Positions 42,364-52,154 of a stretch of DNA of 64,000 nt are shown piece after piece. Source of the DNA: a virus. The stretch covers positions 62,268 through 126,267 of the IMG/VR virus record IMGVR_UViG_3300022902_000004; one strand, given 5' to 3'. The position numbers and the translations under genes are program-made. The notes below the pieces were generated by a model. The model saw only the letters and a list, made by a program, of their open reading frames with translations, had not been told where the DNA came from and did not search any database. Every line of letters begins with the position of its first letter. Position 1 is the stretch's first letter.

Positions 42364-43296
42364 CTAATCCAGGATCGCTAGAATCTCACCGACTTTCTTG
42401 CGGGATTCAGACTTCGGTGACAAACTCCTTTGAACACCTTTTATTTCAACAATCTTGTATCCATAAAAAGCGTAGAGCCCTCGGGCAGCCGGACAATCTG
42501 AGTTTGAGATGTAAACCTTGGCACCTCGCTTGTGGGCTTCAACACCCATTTTTGCAAGCTCAGACTGCTTGTCTCGGTCGAAATTCCCAACGAACCCAAC
42601 AAATTCTTGTTTCGGATCCTTGATACTGATGTAAGGCGGGTCACAGTAAACCAAATCGCCCTTCCCGAATCCCTCGAAATGTTGTTCAAAACCCAACCAC
42701 TTGACACAGACACGTTCTGATGCCAAGAAATCGCGGGCATATTTCATATCTTTGCCAGTCAGATTGACGATGGCTTTCTTCTTGGCGTGGTTCCATGGAA
42801 CGTTGAAGTACCCTTTCTTCGGGTTGTAGCGCATCAGACCATTGAAACAATTCTTGTTCAGGTAGAGTGTTCTTGCCGCTTGGTCGATGTCCTTCGTCCT
42901 TTCCTCGAAATGAACCTCTTCGCGGTCCTTGTTTCTGATCTCGTAATATGCATCTTCACCAAACGGAAGGGCATTTACTTTTTCCTCGAGCAGTGCCGGG
43001 TGCTTCGAGAACATTTTATGAACGTTGACGACTTCCCAGTTTTCATCAGAGAGCATCACATTCGTGACCTCTTCAGGAATTTCAACGTTCAACGCCGAGC
43101 CTAGTGCCCCACAGAAAGGTTCGAAGTAGGCCGTCACACCATCCCACTTGAAATATGGGGAAATCTTTGCCATAACTTTGGCTTTGTTGCCGGCATATTT
43201 GAAAATTGTCTTATTGGTCATCACATTCCATGGGATTTTGTGCTGGATCATTCCAGTCTCTTTTTCTTGCAAGCTCATCGAGTTTGTTGCACGCAT
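42364..43296 (-). CDS. dam: DNA N6-adenine methyltransferase (Dam-like, alpha-group)
   Basis: IFKYAGNKAKV (motif X), FEPFCGALGSAL (FxGxG motif I) before VYCDPPYIS (DPPY motif IV). Confidence 0.8.
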   Translation of the reverse strand: MRATNSMSLQEKETGMIQHKIPWNVMTNKTIFKYAGNKAKVMAKISPYFKWDGVTAYFEPFCGALGSALNVEIPEEVTNVMLSDENWEVVNVHKMFSKHPALLEEKVNALPFGEDAYYEIRNKDREEVHFEERTKDIDQAARTLYLNKNCFNGLMRYNPKKGYFNVPWNHAKKKAIVNLTGKDMKYARDFLASERVCVKWLGFEQHFEGFGKGDLVYCDPPYISIKDPKQEFVGFVGNFDRDKQSELAKMGVEAHKRGAKVYISNSDCPAARGLYAFYGYKIVEIKGVQRSLSPKSESRKKVGEILAILD

Positions 43297-43444
43297 TTTC
43301 GTATTCTTTATTTTGCTCTGCTTCGTCGGCTTCTTTCACCAAACGTAATGCATGGGCAACCCCTTCCATGTATGATGATATATCGTAACGACTTGGGATT
43401 TCGTTGATGTCGATTTTGTAGACTCGGCGATTATTCATCGTCAT
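43211..43444 (-). CDS. hypothetical small protein
   Basis: The ORF track gives 43211..43576; start trimmed to an internal Met because of heavy overlap with 43431..43637. Confidence 0.25.
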   Translation of the reverse strand: MTMNNRRVYKIDINEIPSRYDISSYMEGVAHALRLVKEADEAEQNKEYENACNKLDELARKRDWNDPAQNPMECDDQ

Positions 43445-43637
43445 GCACCACATGTGAGCGTACAAAGTATGTCGCATGGTATTCCGGGGTCCCCCATTGA
43501 CACTTCTCGCTAAAGCGAGTTGCTGCGTCTTCGTCCTTACAGACACGAACGATATCTGTCTCAGGGAGGAACCCATCCTGTTTGTGCGTCGTACACATCA
43601 CAATATGCACAAATTTCGTTGTATGTCTGGCAACCAT
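43431..43637 (-). CDS. hypothetical small protein (68 aa)
   Basis: ORF in array. Confidence 0.3.
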   Translation of the reverse strand: MVARHTTKFVHIVMCTTHKQDGFLPETDIVRVCKDEDAATRFSEKCQWGTPEYHATYFVRSHVVHDDE

Positions 43638-43676
43638 AGCAACCCCCTTTCTTACTTACATTATAGGGGATGAGCG

Positions 43677-43937
43677 TCAGGTGTTCAAAGAACCTGTGGG
43701 CCTACACGCTACCAAAACCAGGTCATCCTCTCTTTCAACCCAGCCATGGGCTTCCGGAAATAAATGGTATGCTCGAGCTTTGTCTGCGGACAGCGGTGGG
43801 TATTCAGAGACCGTCTGCGTGAAAAATCCCTCCCACACATCAGTGACAAGCCGGCACGTTCTCCCGGCGATGCATCCGGTTCCGTAGTGCCCTATCCGGA
43901 CCAAATCGCCGACGTTGAATTTACTTTCCGGCTTCAA
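43677..43937 (-). CDS. hypothetical protein (86 aa)
   Basis: ORF in array. Confidence 0.3.
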   Translation of the reverse strand: MKPESKFNVGDLVRIGHYGTGCIAGRTCRLVTDVWEGFFTQTVSEYPPLSADKARAYHLFPEAHGWVEREDDLVLVACRPTGSLNT

Positions 43938-44472
43938 ACCAGCCCCAACCTAAAATCCGACTGCACAACTCGCTGAAATCTCCGCGTTTCTCCGTGATGT
44001 CATCTGCAAGATCGCGACCAAGATTACGTGTACCGTCAAGAGCGGCCATAAGTTCGTGAGCCTCAAGTTTACGATCACGGTTGCCCATTCCAATATTACG
44101 ACCCATTGAGTATACATGCCCAAAGAGATCGTCAACCAATTGTTGAAACTTTTCCAGGTCGCCGTCGACGGTAGCGTCGATGTGCTTTCCATCGTCGGTG
44201 GTGAATGCAGAGATCTTGCCTGATTTTATCGCTGCATCAGATTCTTCTTCTGTCAGATATACCAACCGCGCAGTCCTTGGGGGCGGGACAATTTCCAGGC
44301 AATGCTCACCATACTCACATGCTGCGATCAGTTTATATTTCTCTTCTCCTGAATCAAATGCTGCGCGGTCGCTCGCCTCTTGTGCTGCGGCCAAGTCTGA
44401 CAACTCTTTGAACTCTTTGTTTAGTCGCTCGTCTTCAACCCTAAGGGCTTCATTTTCTTCTTCTGTGTTCAT
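43921..44472 (-). CDS. hypothetical acidic protein (183 aa)
   Basis: ORF in array. Confidence 0.4.
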   Translation of the reverse strand: MNTEEENEALRVEDERLNKEFKELSDLAAAQEASDRAAFDSGEEKYKLIAACEYGEHCLEIVPPPRTARLVYLTEEESDAAIKSGKISAFTTDDGKHIDATVDGDLEKFQQLVDDLFGHVYSMGRNIGMGNRDRKLEAHELMAALDGTRNLGRDLADDITEKRGDFSELCSRILGWGWFEAGK

Positions 44473-44672
44473 TCTGTTTCCTCCAGGTTTTCTTCAAGAT
44501 CAGTCAACTGTATAAACATTCCACCGAATTTGATGTAATCTTCATAAGTGGCATACCCTTCATAATCATTATTCGCCTTACGGTGCCACGCAAGAAGACT
44601 GTCTTTGAGTGGTGGTAGGCTATCGAGAATTTTCGTTAATTCTTTTCGTCTTTTGTCTTTAATTCGTGACAT
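44469..44672 (-). CDS. hypothetical small protein (67 aa)
   Basis: 4-nt overlap. Confidence 0.3.
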   Translation of the reverse strand: MSRIKDKRRKELTKILDSLPPLKDSLLAWHRKANNDYEGYATYEDYIKFGGMFIQLTDLEENLEETE

Positions 44673-44686
44673 TTTAGCCCCTTTGC

Positions 44687-45331
44687 TTATCGTTCATTTG
44701 TTGTATTCCAATCCAAGGTAAAACTTGATTCATCAATTGCGCAGCCCCAAAGGGCATCCCTGCGCAACGTTTTTTTGATGTCGGCGTCTGACATCCCGTA
44801 AAGCACGCCTTGAGCCGAAGAGTACGCATGGTATTCGTCCTTTGCTCTGAGTTGAGCCTGCTCATATTTGGATTTTGCATCGAAAGACACGACATAATCT
44901 TCAAAGGTCGGCCTGAAGTGGGAACCGGTCACATGCTGCCTATTGATTATGTGGTTGACTTCGTGGACAATTACCGCAATTGTTTGTAGCTCAATAACGG
45001 GATCTATTTTATAGCCGTCGTTGCAAATCGCATGTTTCAACTCTTTCACTTTGAAGTTGTCATTTTGGTGAAACAACGCTCTAGATAGAAATATTTCATT
45101 GCATAGCGTCACCCCAGAAAACGGAATCAAATCTTTGTACATCAGTTGGTACGCAAACTTGGCCCCGTTAATTAGGTATGGGATCTCAGGGGTGACATCT
45201 TCACCGACGACATAAACCGGTGTGGTCCATTTTTTAATGTATTTCGCGGTATTCCTGACTACTTCTTCTGTGTGATTGAGCATCGTATCCAGGATTTTTT
45301 TGAAGGCTGGGTCGTTGTTTCTACTCTTCAT
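44687..45331 (-). CDS. putative zinc metallopeptidase (HExxH)
   Basis: IAVIVHEVNHII is an HExxH motif; no other family assignment possible. Confidence 0.4.
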   Translation of the reverse strand: MKSRNNDPAFKKILDTMLNHTEEVVRNTAKYIKKWTTPVYVVGEDVTPEIPYLINGAKFAYQLMYKDLIPFSGVTLCNEIFLSRALFHQNDNFKVKELKHAICNDGYKIDPVIELQTIAVIVHEVNHIINRQHVTGSHFRPTFEDYVVSFDAKSKYEQAQLRAKDEYHAYSSAQGVLYGMSDADIKKTLRRDALWGCAIDESSFTLDWNTTNER

Positions 45332-45545
45332 GCAGCGATTTCTCTTCGTTCATTGTTTCTGTGATTTTTTCGAGACACTCCGGACAGCCAATAAGGCGCG
45401 AGTCCCATACCCGGTTGTGAAGCCAGTGGTCGATGCTCGTAAAACAAAATCCAGCAATTTTATGGCCGCACAATGTGTCAGTAGCATATAGTGCATTGGT
45501 ATTCATGGTATTCATGATGCATGTGATATATTTAGGACGTTTCAT
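45321..45545 (-). CDS. small Cys-rich protein (74 aa)
   Basis: ORF in array. Confidence 0.3.
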   Translation of the reverse strand: MKRPKYITCIMNTMNTNALYATDTLCGHKIAGFCFTSIDHWLHNRVWDSRLIGCPECLEKITETMNEEKSLHEE

Positions 45546-45793
45546 TCTTGGGTATACACGATATGTTTGCCGAATTGCACATCTTCTTTGCTGTTTTTAT
45601 TGATAGAAACCTGTGCGATTTTTGTTACAAGCTCCCCGGTGGGTGTTTGCTCAACGAAGACATATTCCTCCATCATACCAGGCCGGCACTCGGGACTTTG
45701 TTGCCAGGATCCCGGTAGAATGCCTGGCGTTGGTGGCGTCATAGTTTGCAAAACCTTGACCGCTTGGTCAAATCGTTCTTGTGTCAATAACAT
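45542..45793 (-). CDS. hypothetical small protein (83 aa)
   Basis: 4-nt overlap. Confidence 0.3.
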   Translation of the reverse strand: MLLTQERFDQAVKVLQTMTPPTPGILPGSWQQSPECRPGMMEEYVFVEQTPTGELVTKIAQVSINKNSKEDVQFGKHIVYTQE

Positions 45794-46772
45794 TCTTTAT
45801 TTCCTGTCGTTTCATTTCGATGTCGTCTGATTCCCAAACCACTATAACAGTGTATCCCATTCGTCGTAAGTTTTCACTTCGTTTGGCATCGGCAGCCCAT
45901 TTTTCTTCAGCAAGAAACGATTGGCCCCGAAGGCGCACATTGAATTTGGCTTCATAGAGTTTCGGGTTGGCATGGACATAATCACCATTGATTTCGACAA
46001 TGACCTTTTTCTTTTCGTTGAGCTCATCAGCAAAGTAGGCGCCCACTCGTTGCTCTGATACAAAGCCCAGTTTTGTCAGGCCGAGCTCTTTCCGGAGGCG
46101 TTGGTGGAGCTTTGACAACCTGTTTTTGGAACCGGCGAACATCTTACGTAATGTCGCTGCTTTTTGCGCCGGGGTTCTGTTTTTTCTCCAGTGCGCTTGT
46201 TTCTTCCTGTATGATTCCTTTTTCCAATTTCGTTTTGAACCCTTCCCTATCGCTTTCTTCCAGGTCTCGTCCATGACGACTTCACCTTTTGCCCACCTAG
46301 CTTTCATCTTCTTGGATGAACCTTTGGCGATATGGGGAAGCTGCCCGACGTTTTTGACACCGTACTTCTTCTTCACGACCTTCTTGATTTTTTCTTGTGT
46401 TTTCTTTAGTGAAAAGCCGGCGTTCAGTCCGGAGCACCTTTGTGAGCAATACGATTTTGGTTTGCCACGGACGAAAGTCACAGCCTTCTTGCAGGACTTC
46501 TCCTTACATTTGGGCTTGCCATACTTTTTGATATAGAGTTTTTCTCTTGTCTTGAATTTGTCGTGAGTAAGAGCATATCTCTTGAACACACCCCTGGCAA
46601 ATGCAGGAGGCAGATCGCAAAGCCCACAAATGCACTTTGGTGGTTTGCCATCAAGCTTGTGCTTAATGACGTAATCGACCATTTCCATTTTGTGGGCTTT
46701 GCGGAGATGAGTAGTTAGCTGTCCGCCTAAATTATCCTTGAATCCTTTTTTGCATTCTTTGCACTTGATCAT
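45768..46772 (-). CDS. free-standing homing-endonuclease-like protein (Zn fingers, K-rich, C-terminal Vsr/DUF559-like VIVEINGDYVH)
   Basis: CKECKK...H..H, CICGLC, multiple K-rich repeats, the C-terminal FADEL...VIVEINGDYVHANP. It sits next to the RNR gene. Confidence 0.5.
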   Translation of the reverse strand: MIKCKECKKGFKDNLGGQLTTHLRKAHKMEMVDYVIKHKLDGKPPKCICGLCDLPPAFARGVFKRYALTHDKFKTREKLYIKKYGKPKCKEKSCKKAVTFVRGKPKSYCSQRCSGLNAGFSLKKTQEKIKKVVKKKYGVKNVGQLPHIAKGSSKKMKARWAKGEVVMDETWKKAIGKGSKRNWKKESYRKKQAHWRKNRTPAQKAATLRKMFAGSKNRLSKLHQRLRKELGLTKLGFVSEQRVGAYFADELNEKKKVIVEINGDYVHANPKLYEAKFNVRLRGQSFLAEEKWAADAKRSENLRRMGYTVIVVWESDDIEMKRQEIKNVIDTRTI

Positions 46773-46825
46773 TTTATACCTCGTGGGTATAAATATGCCT
46801 AGGGTTGCCTAACTTGCAAAGAATG

Positions 46826-49285
46826 TCACCCGCAGGCCGAGACTCCACAAGCGGCGCAGGTCTTACATCCTTCCTGGTACACCAGGGAACCTTCTGCTTC
46901 ACAATTTTCGCAGACCTGGGATCCGCCAACCTCAGCTCCATCCTGAATGTATTTCTTCAGGATGCGTGACATAACCTTATTGAAACTGGTGAAGTCTGAA
47001 TCTTTCGTTTTCGTCAGTTGCTCACAAACATATTTCACGTCAGCACCATGTCGAAGTGCGAGAGAAATCGTCCTGGTAAACGCCGAGTGGTTTGCATTCT
47101 CAAAAGCATCCACAACGTTCTTCACCGTAACTTCGTCGCCATTTTCACCAAACTTCAGGTCGTAAACGCTGTTCATCGTTTTTCGTGGGTGCTTGATGAT
47201 TCGCCCGGTTGAATATTTGGCTGGAATCTCAACGTACTTGCTCAATCCACCCATCAATTCGTATGGGCGATCTTTATATAGCCCGACGAGGATCGTCCAT
47301 TTTTCCCCTTTGATCGATGCATGATGAATGTCACAAGCAAGCGAGTCGGGTCGTTTTGGTGCGGAAACCTCGGGGAAATTTGTCTCATCTTTCTTCTCGT
47401 CAGTTGAAACCAGAACTCCTGTTCGGCAACCATCACGATAAACAGTGAAACCCTTACATCCTGATTTCCAGGCTGCCTCGTATATCTTACGAACCGTTTC
47501 CTTTGAAACGTCAGACGGCAGGTTACATGTCGATGAGATTCCGTGGTCGACCCACTTCTGGGCTTCGGCTTGGATTTTCACACGTTGTGCCCAGTCCAAC
47601 TCCGGAGCTGTTGCTCCCCAATACGGTGAATTCTCGATGTCATCGTCACCTGTCACATCCATCCATTTTTTGAGCATGTGATGGTAAACGTCGTATTCAA
47701 CCCACTCATCGCCCATCGCATCAACAAAATCAGCCTTGAGGTTCTCCCCATGGGTGATTTTCCTTCGGCGGCGGTATTTGAGCATGAAGACCGGCTCGAT
47801 TCCAGAGGTTGTCTGGGTCATTGTTGAAACAGAACCTGCTGGTGCGGTTGTCGTCAGGGCAATATTTCTGCGACCGTATTTCTTGTACAGACTGGCGAGC
47901 TCTTTGTTTGAAACCAACAGTCGTGCCAAGTATGGAAGATCTTTTTCCCTCTCGGCATCGAAAATCGGGAATGCACCTCGTTCCTTGGCCAGTTTGCATG
48001 ACGAAATGTGAGCATTGATGCCGAGGGTTTTGTAGATTTCCCCGATGGCGATAACCGACTTATCCGATCCGTATTTCATGCCCATCATTGCGATGGCATC
48101 TCCCACCGCGGTGACACCCAGTCCTGTTCGTCGTCCCAGGAGAGCCTTCTTCTTGATTCGCTCCCACAAATCCAACTCGATAGCCTTGATACTCGCGTCC
48201 TCTGGATCAGCTTTGATCTTGGCGATGATTTTGTCGACGCTTTCAATCTCCAAATCAATCAGATCGTCCATGAGACGTTGTGATTGTTGGACCACCTTCG
48301 CAAAACGTTTCCACTCAAAGTATGCTCGGCCCGTGAATGCGTTCTTGATGAACTTGGCGAGGTTGATGAGTAGCAATCTACAACTGTCATCACGACAAAG
48401 AACCAATTCAGCACACGGGTTGCATGACTCAGTCTTGAAACCTAAATCAGCGTAGCAATCAGGAATTGAGCTCTTGATTACGTTGTCCCAGAACAGAACA
48501 CCTGGTTCAGCCATCGTCCATGCTGAATCAATAATCATGTCCCAGATTTTTCGGGCGCTGACGGATTTTGCACACTCAGGATTCGCTGAGTCTACCGGCC
48601 ATTGTTGCGTGTAATTTTTGTTGTTTGCCGCTGCCAACATGAAATCATCGGTCAGGCGGATTGAAATATTGGCACCGGTGACTTTGTCGAGGTTCCGTTT
48701 GATGTTGATGAACGTTTCAATCTCCGGGTGACGAATATCGATTGAAATCATCAATGCACCACGTCGGCCCCCTTGAGCAACCTCTCGTGTTGAGTTTGAG
48801 AAGCGCTCCATAAAGATCGCAAGACCGTCGGTTGTTCTGGCTGCGTTGGATGTAACCATTCCCTTCGGGCGGAGGTTTGAAATGTCGAATCCGACACCAC
48901 CTCGACGCTTCATTATCTGGACTTGCTGTTGGTCAGTGTGGAGAATACCTGCGTATGAATCCTCTGGGGCACCAACAACGAAACAGTTCGAGAGTGACTG
49001 AAGTTGGTGATCATTTCCAATACCTGACATCGGGGAACCTTGCGGCACCACCTCCCATGATGAAAGCAACCTGAAGATCTCAGCCTCATTCATTGGGTTG
49101 TCATATTTTCTTTCGATTCGTGCGAACTCTTTGGCTAGTCGCTGATGCATATCGTCTGGCGTATTTTCCCAGATGACACCATCTTTATCCGTAATCGCAT
49201 ACTTGGTCGTGAAGACCGTCGCGGCGAGTTCATCGCCATGAAAATATTTGCGTGATGCTGCCAGCACCTCCTCTTTTGTGAACAT
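46826..49285 (-). CDS. ribonucleotide reductase large subunit, probably class II (adenosylcobalamin-dependent, NrdJ-like)
   Basis: RNR fold motifs (SNCFV, DISNLRP), 819 aa, C-terminal zinc-ribbon tail CENCEAEGSLVYQEGCKTCAACG. There is no NrdB-like small subunit nearby, and no intein. Confidence 0.8.
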   Translation of the reverse strand: MFTKEEVLAASRKYFHGDELAATVFTTKYAITDKDGVIWENTPDDMHQRLAKEFARIERKYDNPMNEAEIFRLLSSWEVVPQGSPMSGIGNDHQLQSLSNCFVVGAPEDSYAGILHTDQQQVQIMKRRGGVGFDISNLRPKGMVTSNAARTTDGLAIFMERFSNSTREVAQGGRRGALMISIDIRHPEIETFINIKRNLDKVTGANISIRLTDDFMLAAANNKNYTQQWPVDSANPECAKSVSARKIWDMIIDSAWTMAEPGVLFWDNVIKSSIPDCYADLGFKTESCNPCAELVLCRDDSCRLLLINLAKFIKNAFTGRAYFEWKRFAKVVQQSQRLMDDLIDLEIESVDKIIAKIKADPEDASIKAIELDLWERIKKKALLGRRTGLGVTAVGDAIAMMGMKYGSDKSVIAIGEIYKTLGINAHISSCKLAKERGAFPIFDAEREKDLPYLARLLVSNKELASLYKKYGRRNIALTTTAPAGSVSTMTQTTSGIEPVFMLKYRRRRKITHGENLKADFVDAMGDEWVEYDVYHHMLKKWMDVTGDDDIENSPYWGATAPELDWAQRVKIQAEAQKWVDHGISSTCNLPSDVSKETVRKIYEAAWKSGCKGFTVYRDGCRTGVLVSTDEKKDETNFPEVSAPKRPDSLACDIHHASIKGEKWTILVGLYKDRPYELMGGLSKYVEIPAKYSTGRIIKHPRKTMNSVYDLKFGENGDEVTVKNVVDAFENANHSAFTRTISLALRHGADVKYVCEQLTKTKDSDFTSFNKVMSRILKKYIQDGAEVGGSQVCENCEAEGSLVYQEGCKTCAACGVSACG

Positions 49286-49287
49286 TA

Positions 49288-50712
49288 TTAGTTTTCCTCT
49301 CCGCTTTTTACTTTTTGCCAGGCGGCTGCAAGCGCTGCCTTGGCATTGCCATTGGTTTGTTGTACCGTCTCAGTAAGTGTCAACGAGTTCTCATCCAATA
49401 TCTCAAACATTGACATTGATGTGTCAATTGATATTGGAAAAAGGATTCCGTCACGACCTGCTCTGTTCTTTGCGATATAAAGACGACCAACACCTGTTGA
49501 TTTTTCCATTGCTTTTCTTGAGATGCTGATGACCACATCAGCAACCATTGCTTTTCCATAAGCTTCAGACATATTTTCGAGACCTACAATGTCCGATTGG
49601 GCACTATCTCGATTTGCCTGTGACGCTGTCCAAATAGGAACGTCTAATTCCATAGATAGATTTCTGAGTTCTTCGTAAATAAACTTTAGCTCGTGGCGCA
49701 GTTCACTTGACTTACGATCTGAACGCATGATGTCGGCGTAATCGACAAGAATGATGTCAGGCTTGAAGCCTTTCAGTGACAATTTCTCGATATGGTTGCG
49801 CAACGTTTGTACCGTGGCGCTTCCTGTCGGGTACTCTTTGATTATTAGGCGCCCGAGATTTTTGCTTTCGTAGACCTCTTTGACCAAATCGATATTGTCT
49901 TGGATGTCGTTTGAAGGAAGTCCGCAAAGATTGCTGTCATACCGAATACCGACTTTCGTCTCAGACAATTCGAATGTGTAGTGCAGGACGTTTTTCTTGG
50001 CCCGCATGGCGTTGGCACCGAGGGCAACCAGCCAGTGACTCTTACCAACGCCGGTATTAGCAACGACGATTCCAATCTCACCACGACCCAGCCCACCAGC
50101 AAAAATGTCCTTTGCATCCAGGATTGGGAATCCTGTCGGACATGCATGTCGATTTAGTTTGATAAATCTGGCTTCAAGGTCTTCGAAGAAATCGTGACCA
50201 ACACTATGAGGAGTACCAAGTGAAATGGCATCCTTCATCAGAGCCATGACTTCTTCGAACCCATCACCCTCAATCAAGGTGACAGACTTTTCCAATGCTG
50301 CTTTGAACGCTTGTCGCTTACAGAAATCCAACGACTTGTCTTTGACGTAGGCGATGTCTCCTGGGTTCCGGTTGGCCTTGACCCGCAACAAGAACTCAAT
50401 GATTTGGTCACGAAGGATGTCGTCTTCACCGTCAGATAATTCATCACGAATGACGTTGACAAGCAAACCCAACGTCGGGAAACACTTGTATTTCTGGTGA
50501 TACAGGAAGTACTTTTCAGTTAGAAATTGGAGATACTCGACATCAAAAAAGTTTGGGCGCATGACCTCAACCATTTGAGATGCCCACGGAGTATCAAAGA
50601 TTAGTCCTTGAAAGATTTTCTCTTGGAATGATTTTCCATGCTGGGCAAAATATGGTACGTTGTTTGCATTGTCTATGATTCCCTGCATGAAGTTGTTTTT
50701 CGATTCCGCCAC
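49288..50712 (-). CDS. DnaB-family replicative DNA helicase
   Basis: Walker A GIVVANTGVGKSHWLVALGANAM with a RecA-like C-domain; 474 aa continuous. Confidence 0.8.
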   Translation of the reverse strand: MAESKNNFMQGIIDNANNVPYFAQHGKSFQEKIFQGLIFDTPWASQMVEVMRPNFFDVEYLQFLTEKYFLYHQKYKCFPTLGLLVNVIRDELSDGEDDILRDQIIEFLLRVKANRNPGDIAYVKDKSLDFCKRQAFKAALEKSVTLIEGDGFEEVMALMKDAISLGTPHSVGHDFFEDLEARFIKLNRHACPTGFPILDAKDIFAGGLGRGEIGIVVANTGVGKSHWLVALGANAMRAKKNVLHYTFELSETKVGIRYDSNLCGLPSNDIQDNIDLVKEVYESKNLGRLIIKEYPTGSATVQTLRNHIEKLSLKGFKPDIILVDYADIMRSDRKSSELRHELKFIYEELRNLSMELDVPIWTASQANRDSAQSDIVGLENMSEAYGKAMVADVVISISRKAMEKSTGVGRLYIAKNRAGRDGILFPISIDTSMSMFEILDENSLTLTETVQQTNGNAKAALAAAWQKVKSGEEN

Positions 50713-50840
50713 ATTGCCTCATTTGCGCCTCACTCCGGCACGTTCGTATGCATAAATAATAGAAAAGCAAACCCGTATTTACATGTTTATTTGCGCTCGG
50801 GTCACGGGCAGATATTTATAGAGAGAAGTAAGAGGGCACC

Positions 50841-51176
50841 GTGAAAATCACAAGAAAACGACTAACAAAACTCATTCGTGAAGCCGGGCTGGCTGACATT
50901 CGGGATTCCACGCTTGATTGGTACACCGACCACAATGGCAGACAACGAATGGTTCCTGGTGGTAGAAACTACGGAAAACGCAAAACCTTTCCAACAGGTG
51001 AATTAGCTAGCTTTGTCGATGAGATCATTGAATATACAGAACCTGAGTGGGCTAATGAATCTGATGAGTCGATTGTCAAGCGGGCAATTTGGAAGGTTGT
51101 AGATGAGGAAGGTGCATCTTACGAAGATGTCAAAGAAGACGTTCGTGCCGCTGGCAAACATAAAGTCTGGTGGTAA
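50841..51176 (+). CDS. leader-family small protein (plus-strand island)
   Basis: GTG start preceded by AGAGGG; N-terminus MKITRKRLTKLIRE. Confidence 0.45.
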   Translation: MKITRKRLTKLIREAGLADIRDSTLDWYTDHNGRQRMVPGGRNYGKRKTFPTGELASFVDEIIEYTEPEWANESDESIVKRAIWKVVDEEGASYEDVKEDVRAAGKHKVWW

Positions 51177-51179
51177 GTG

Positions 51180-52154
51180 CTAACGTCGAATCGCTGTAAT
51201 TGCCTGAAAGTGCCTATCAATATCAAACTTTTGCATGCCCGACTGTATTAGCTGGCGCATCAGTTCCATTTTGTTTGGTTTTCCCTCGTTTTCAATCTGG
51301 TGGTTTACCTTTTGAATCTGGGTCCCGGAGAGCTGTGATGTGTCCAGGTAAATCAGCTTCCAGTTTTTCAATGCCAAATCCCTAGATTCTGCGATTCGAT
51401 GGATCGTTTTGGCTGCTTTCGTTTCCGCCAACTCGACCGCGCTGTCGACAATATCATTGTGACTTACGAAGTCAGGCCCACCCAATTGAGGGAACCACTT
51501 CGCCATATTCTTGAAGCCCACACCTTTGACACCCGGGACGTTGTCACTCGGATCCCCGATGAACACCCGAGCTGAACAAAAATTCTGCGGCGAAACACCA
51601 AATTTGTCTATAACTGATTGTTCTGTAATCAGTTTTTTCTGTCCGGGTGACCATTGTTGCACTCGTTCATCGATGAGCTGATAGAAATCCTTATCTGAAG
51701 ACACCAGAATGACCCTGGACGTCTTGAAATGGTACCGGCCTAGGTAACCTATAACGTCGTCTGCTTCGCAGCCACTGACGTACACCTGTGTCACCGGCAA
51801 GCATTTCAAAGCTCGGGTGATAAATAGGACTTGCATGGCAAAATTCTCAGGCGTCGTTGGAATATCATCGCCGTAGTACCGGTTCATTTTCGGTGCCTTG
51901 CGACCATTCTTATATGATGCCGAGATTGCCCGTTTTCTTTGGCTTCCACCTGACTCGAAAACAACGATTACCTTTTTGGGATTGTATGTTTCGCACAGCC
52001 GCCCAAGCCCACCAAGAAAGCCCATAACTCCGCCGACTGGTTCCCCCGTTGTTGCCATGGACGGATTCGCTTTGAAGTGTCGAATGAACATGTTCATGAA
52101 GTCGACAATCAAGATTGGGCGATCTTGGTGGGCTGGTTTGTTCATCTTATACAA
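51180..52154 (-). CDS. 5'-3' exonuclease / flap endonuclease (second FEN-family paralog)
   Basis: The N-terminal PIN domain (PILIVDFMNMFIRHF) plus H3TH motif SDNVPGVKGVGFKNMAKW. Confidence 0.7.
   Translation of the reverse strand: MYKMNKPAHQDRPILIVDFMNMFIRHFKANPSMATTGEPVGGVMGFLGGLGRLCETYNPKKVIVVFESGGSQRKRAISASYKNGRKAPKMNRYYGDDIPTTPENFAMQVLFITRALKCLPVTQVYVSGCEADDVIGYLGRYHFKTSRVILVSSDKDFYQLIDERVQQWSPGQKKLITEQSVIDKFGVSPQNFCSARVFIGDPSDNVPGVKGVGFKNMAKWFPQLGGPDFVSHNDIVDSAVELAETKAAKTIHRIAESRDLALKNWKLIYLDTSQLSGTQIQKVNHQIENEGKPNKMELMRQLIQSGMQKFDIDRHFQAITAIRR

Noticed and set aside
46826-49285. Class I RNR (NrdAB) assignment
   Set aside because: No NrdB-like ferritin-fold small-subunit gene is adjacent, and the C-terminal CxxC...CxxC zinc-ribbon tail favours a monomeric class II enzyme. 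The class call remains tentative.
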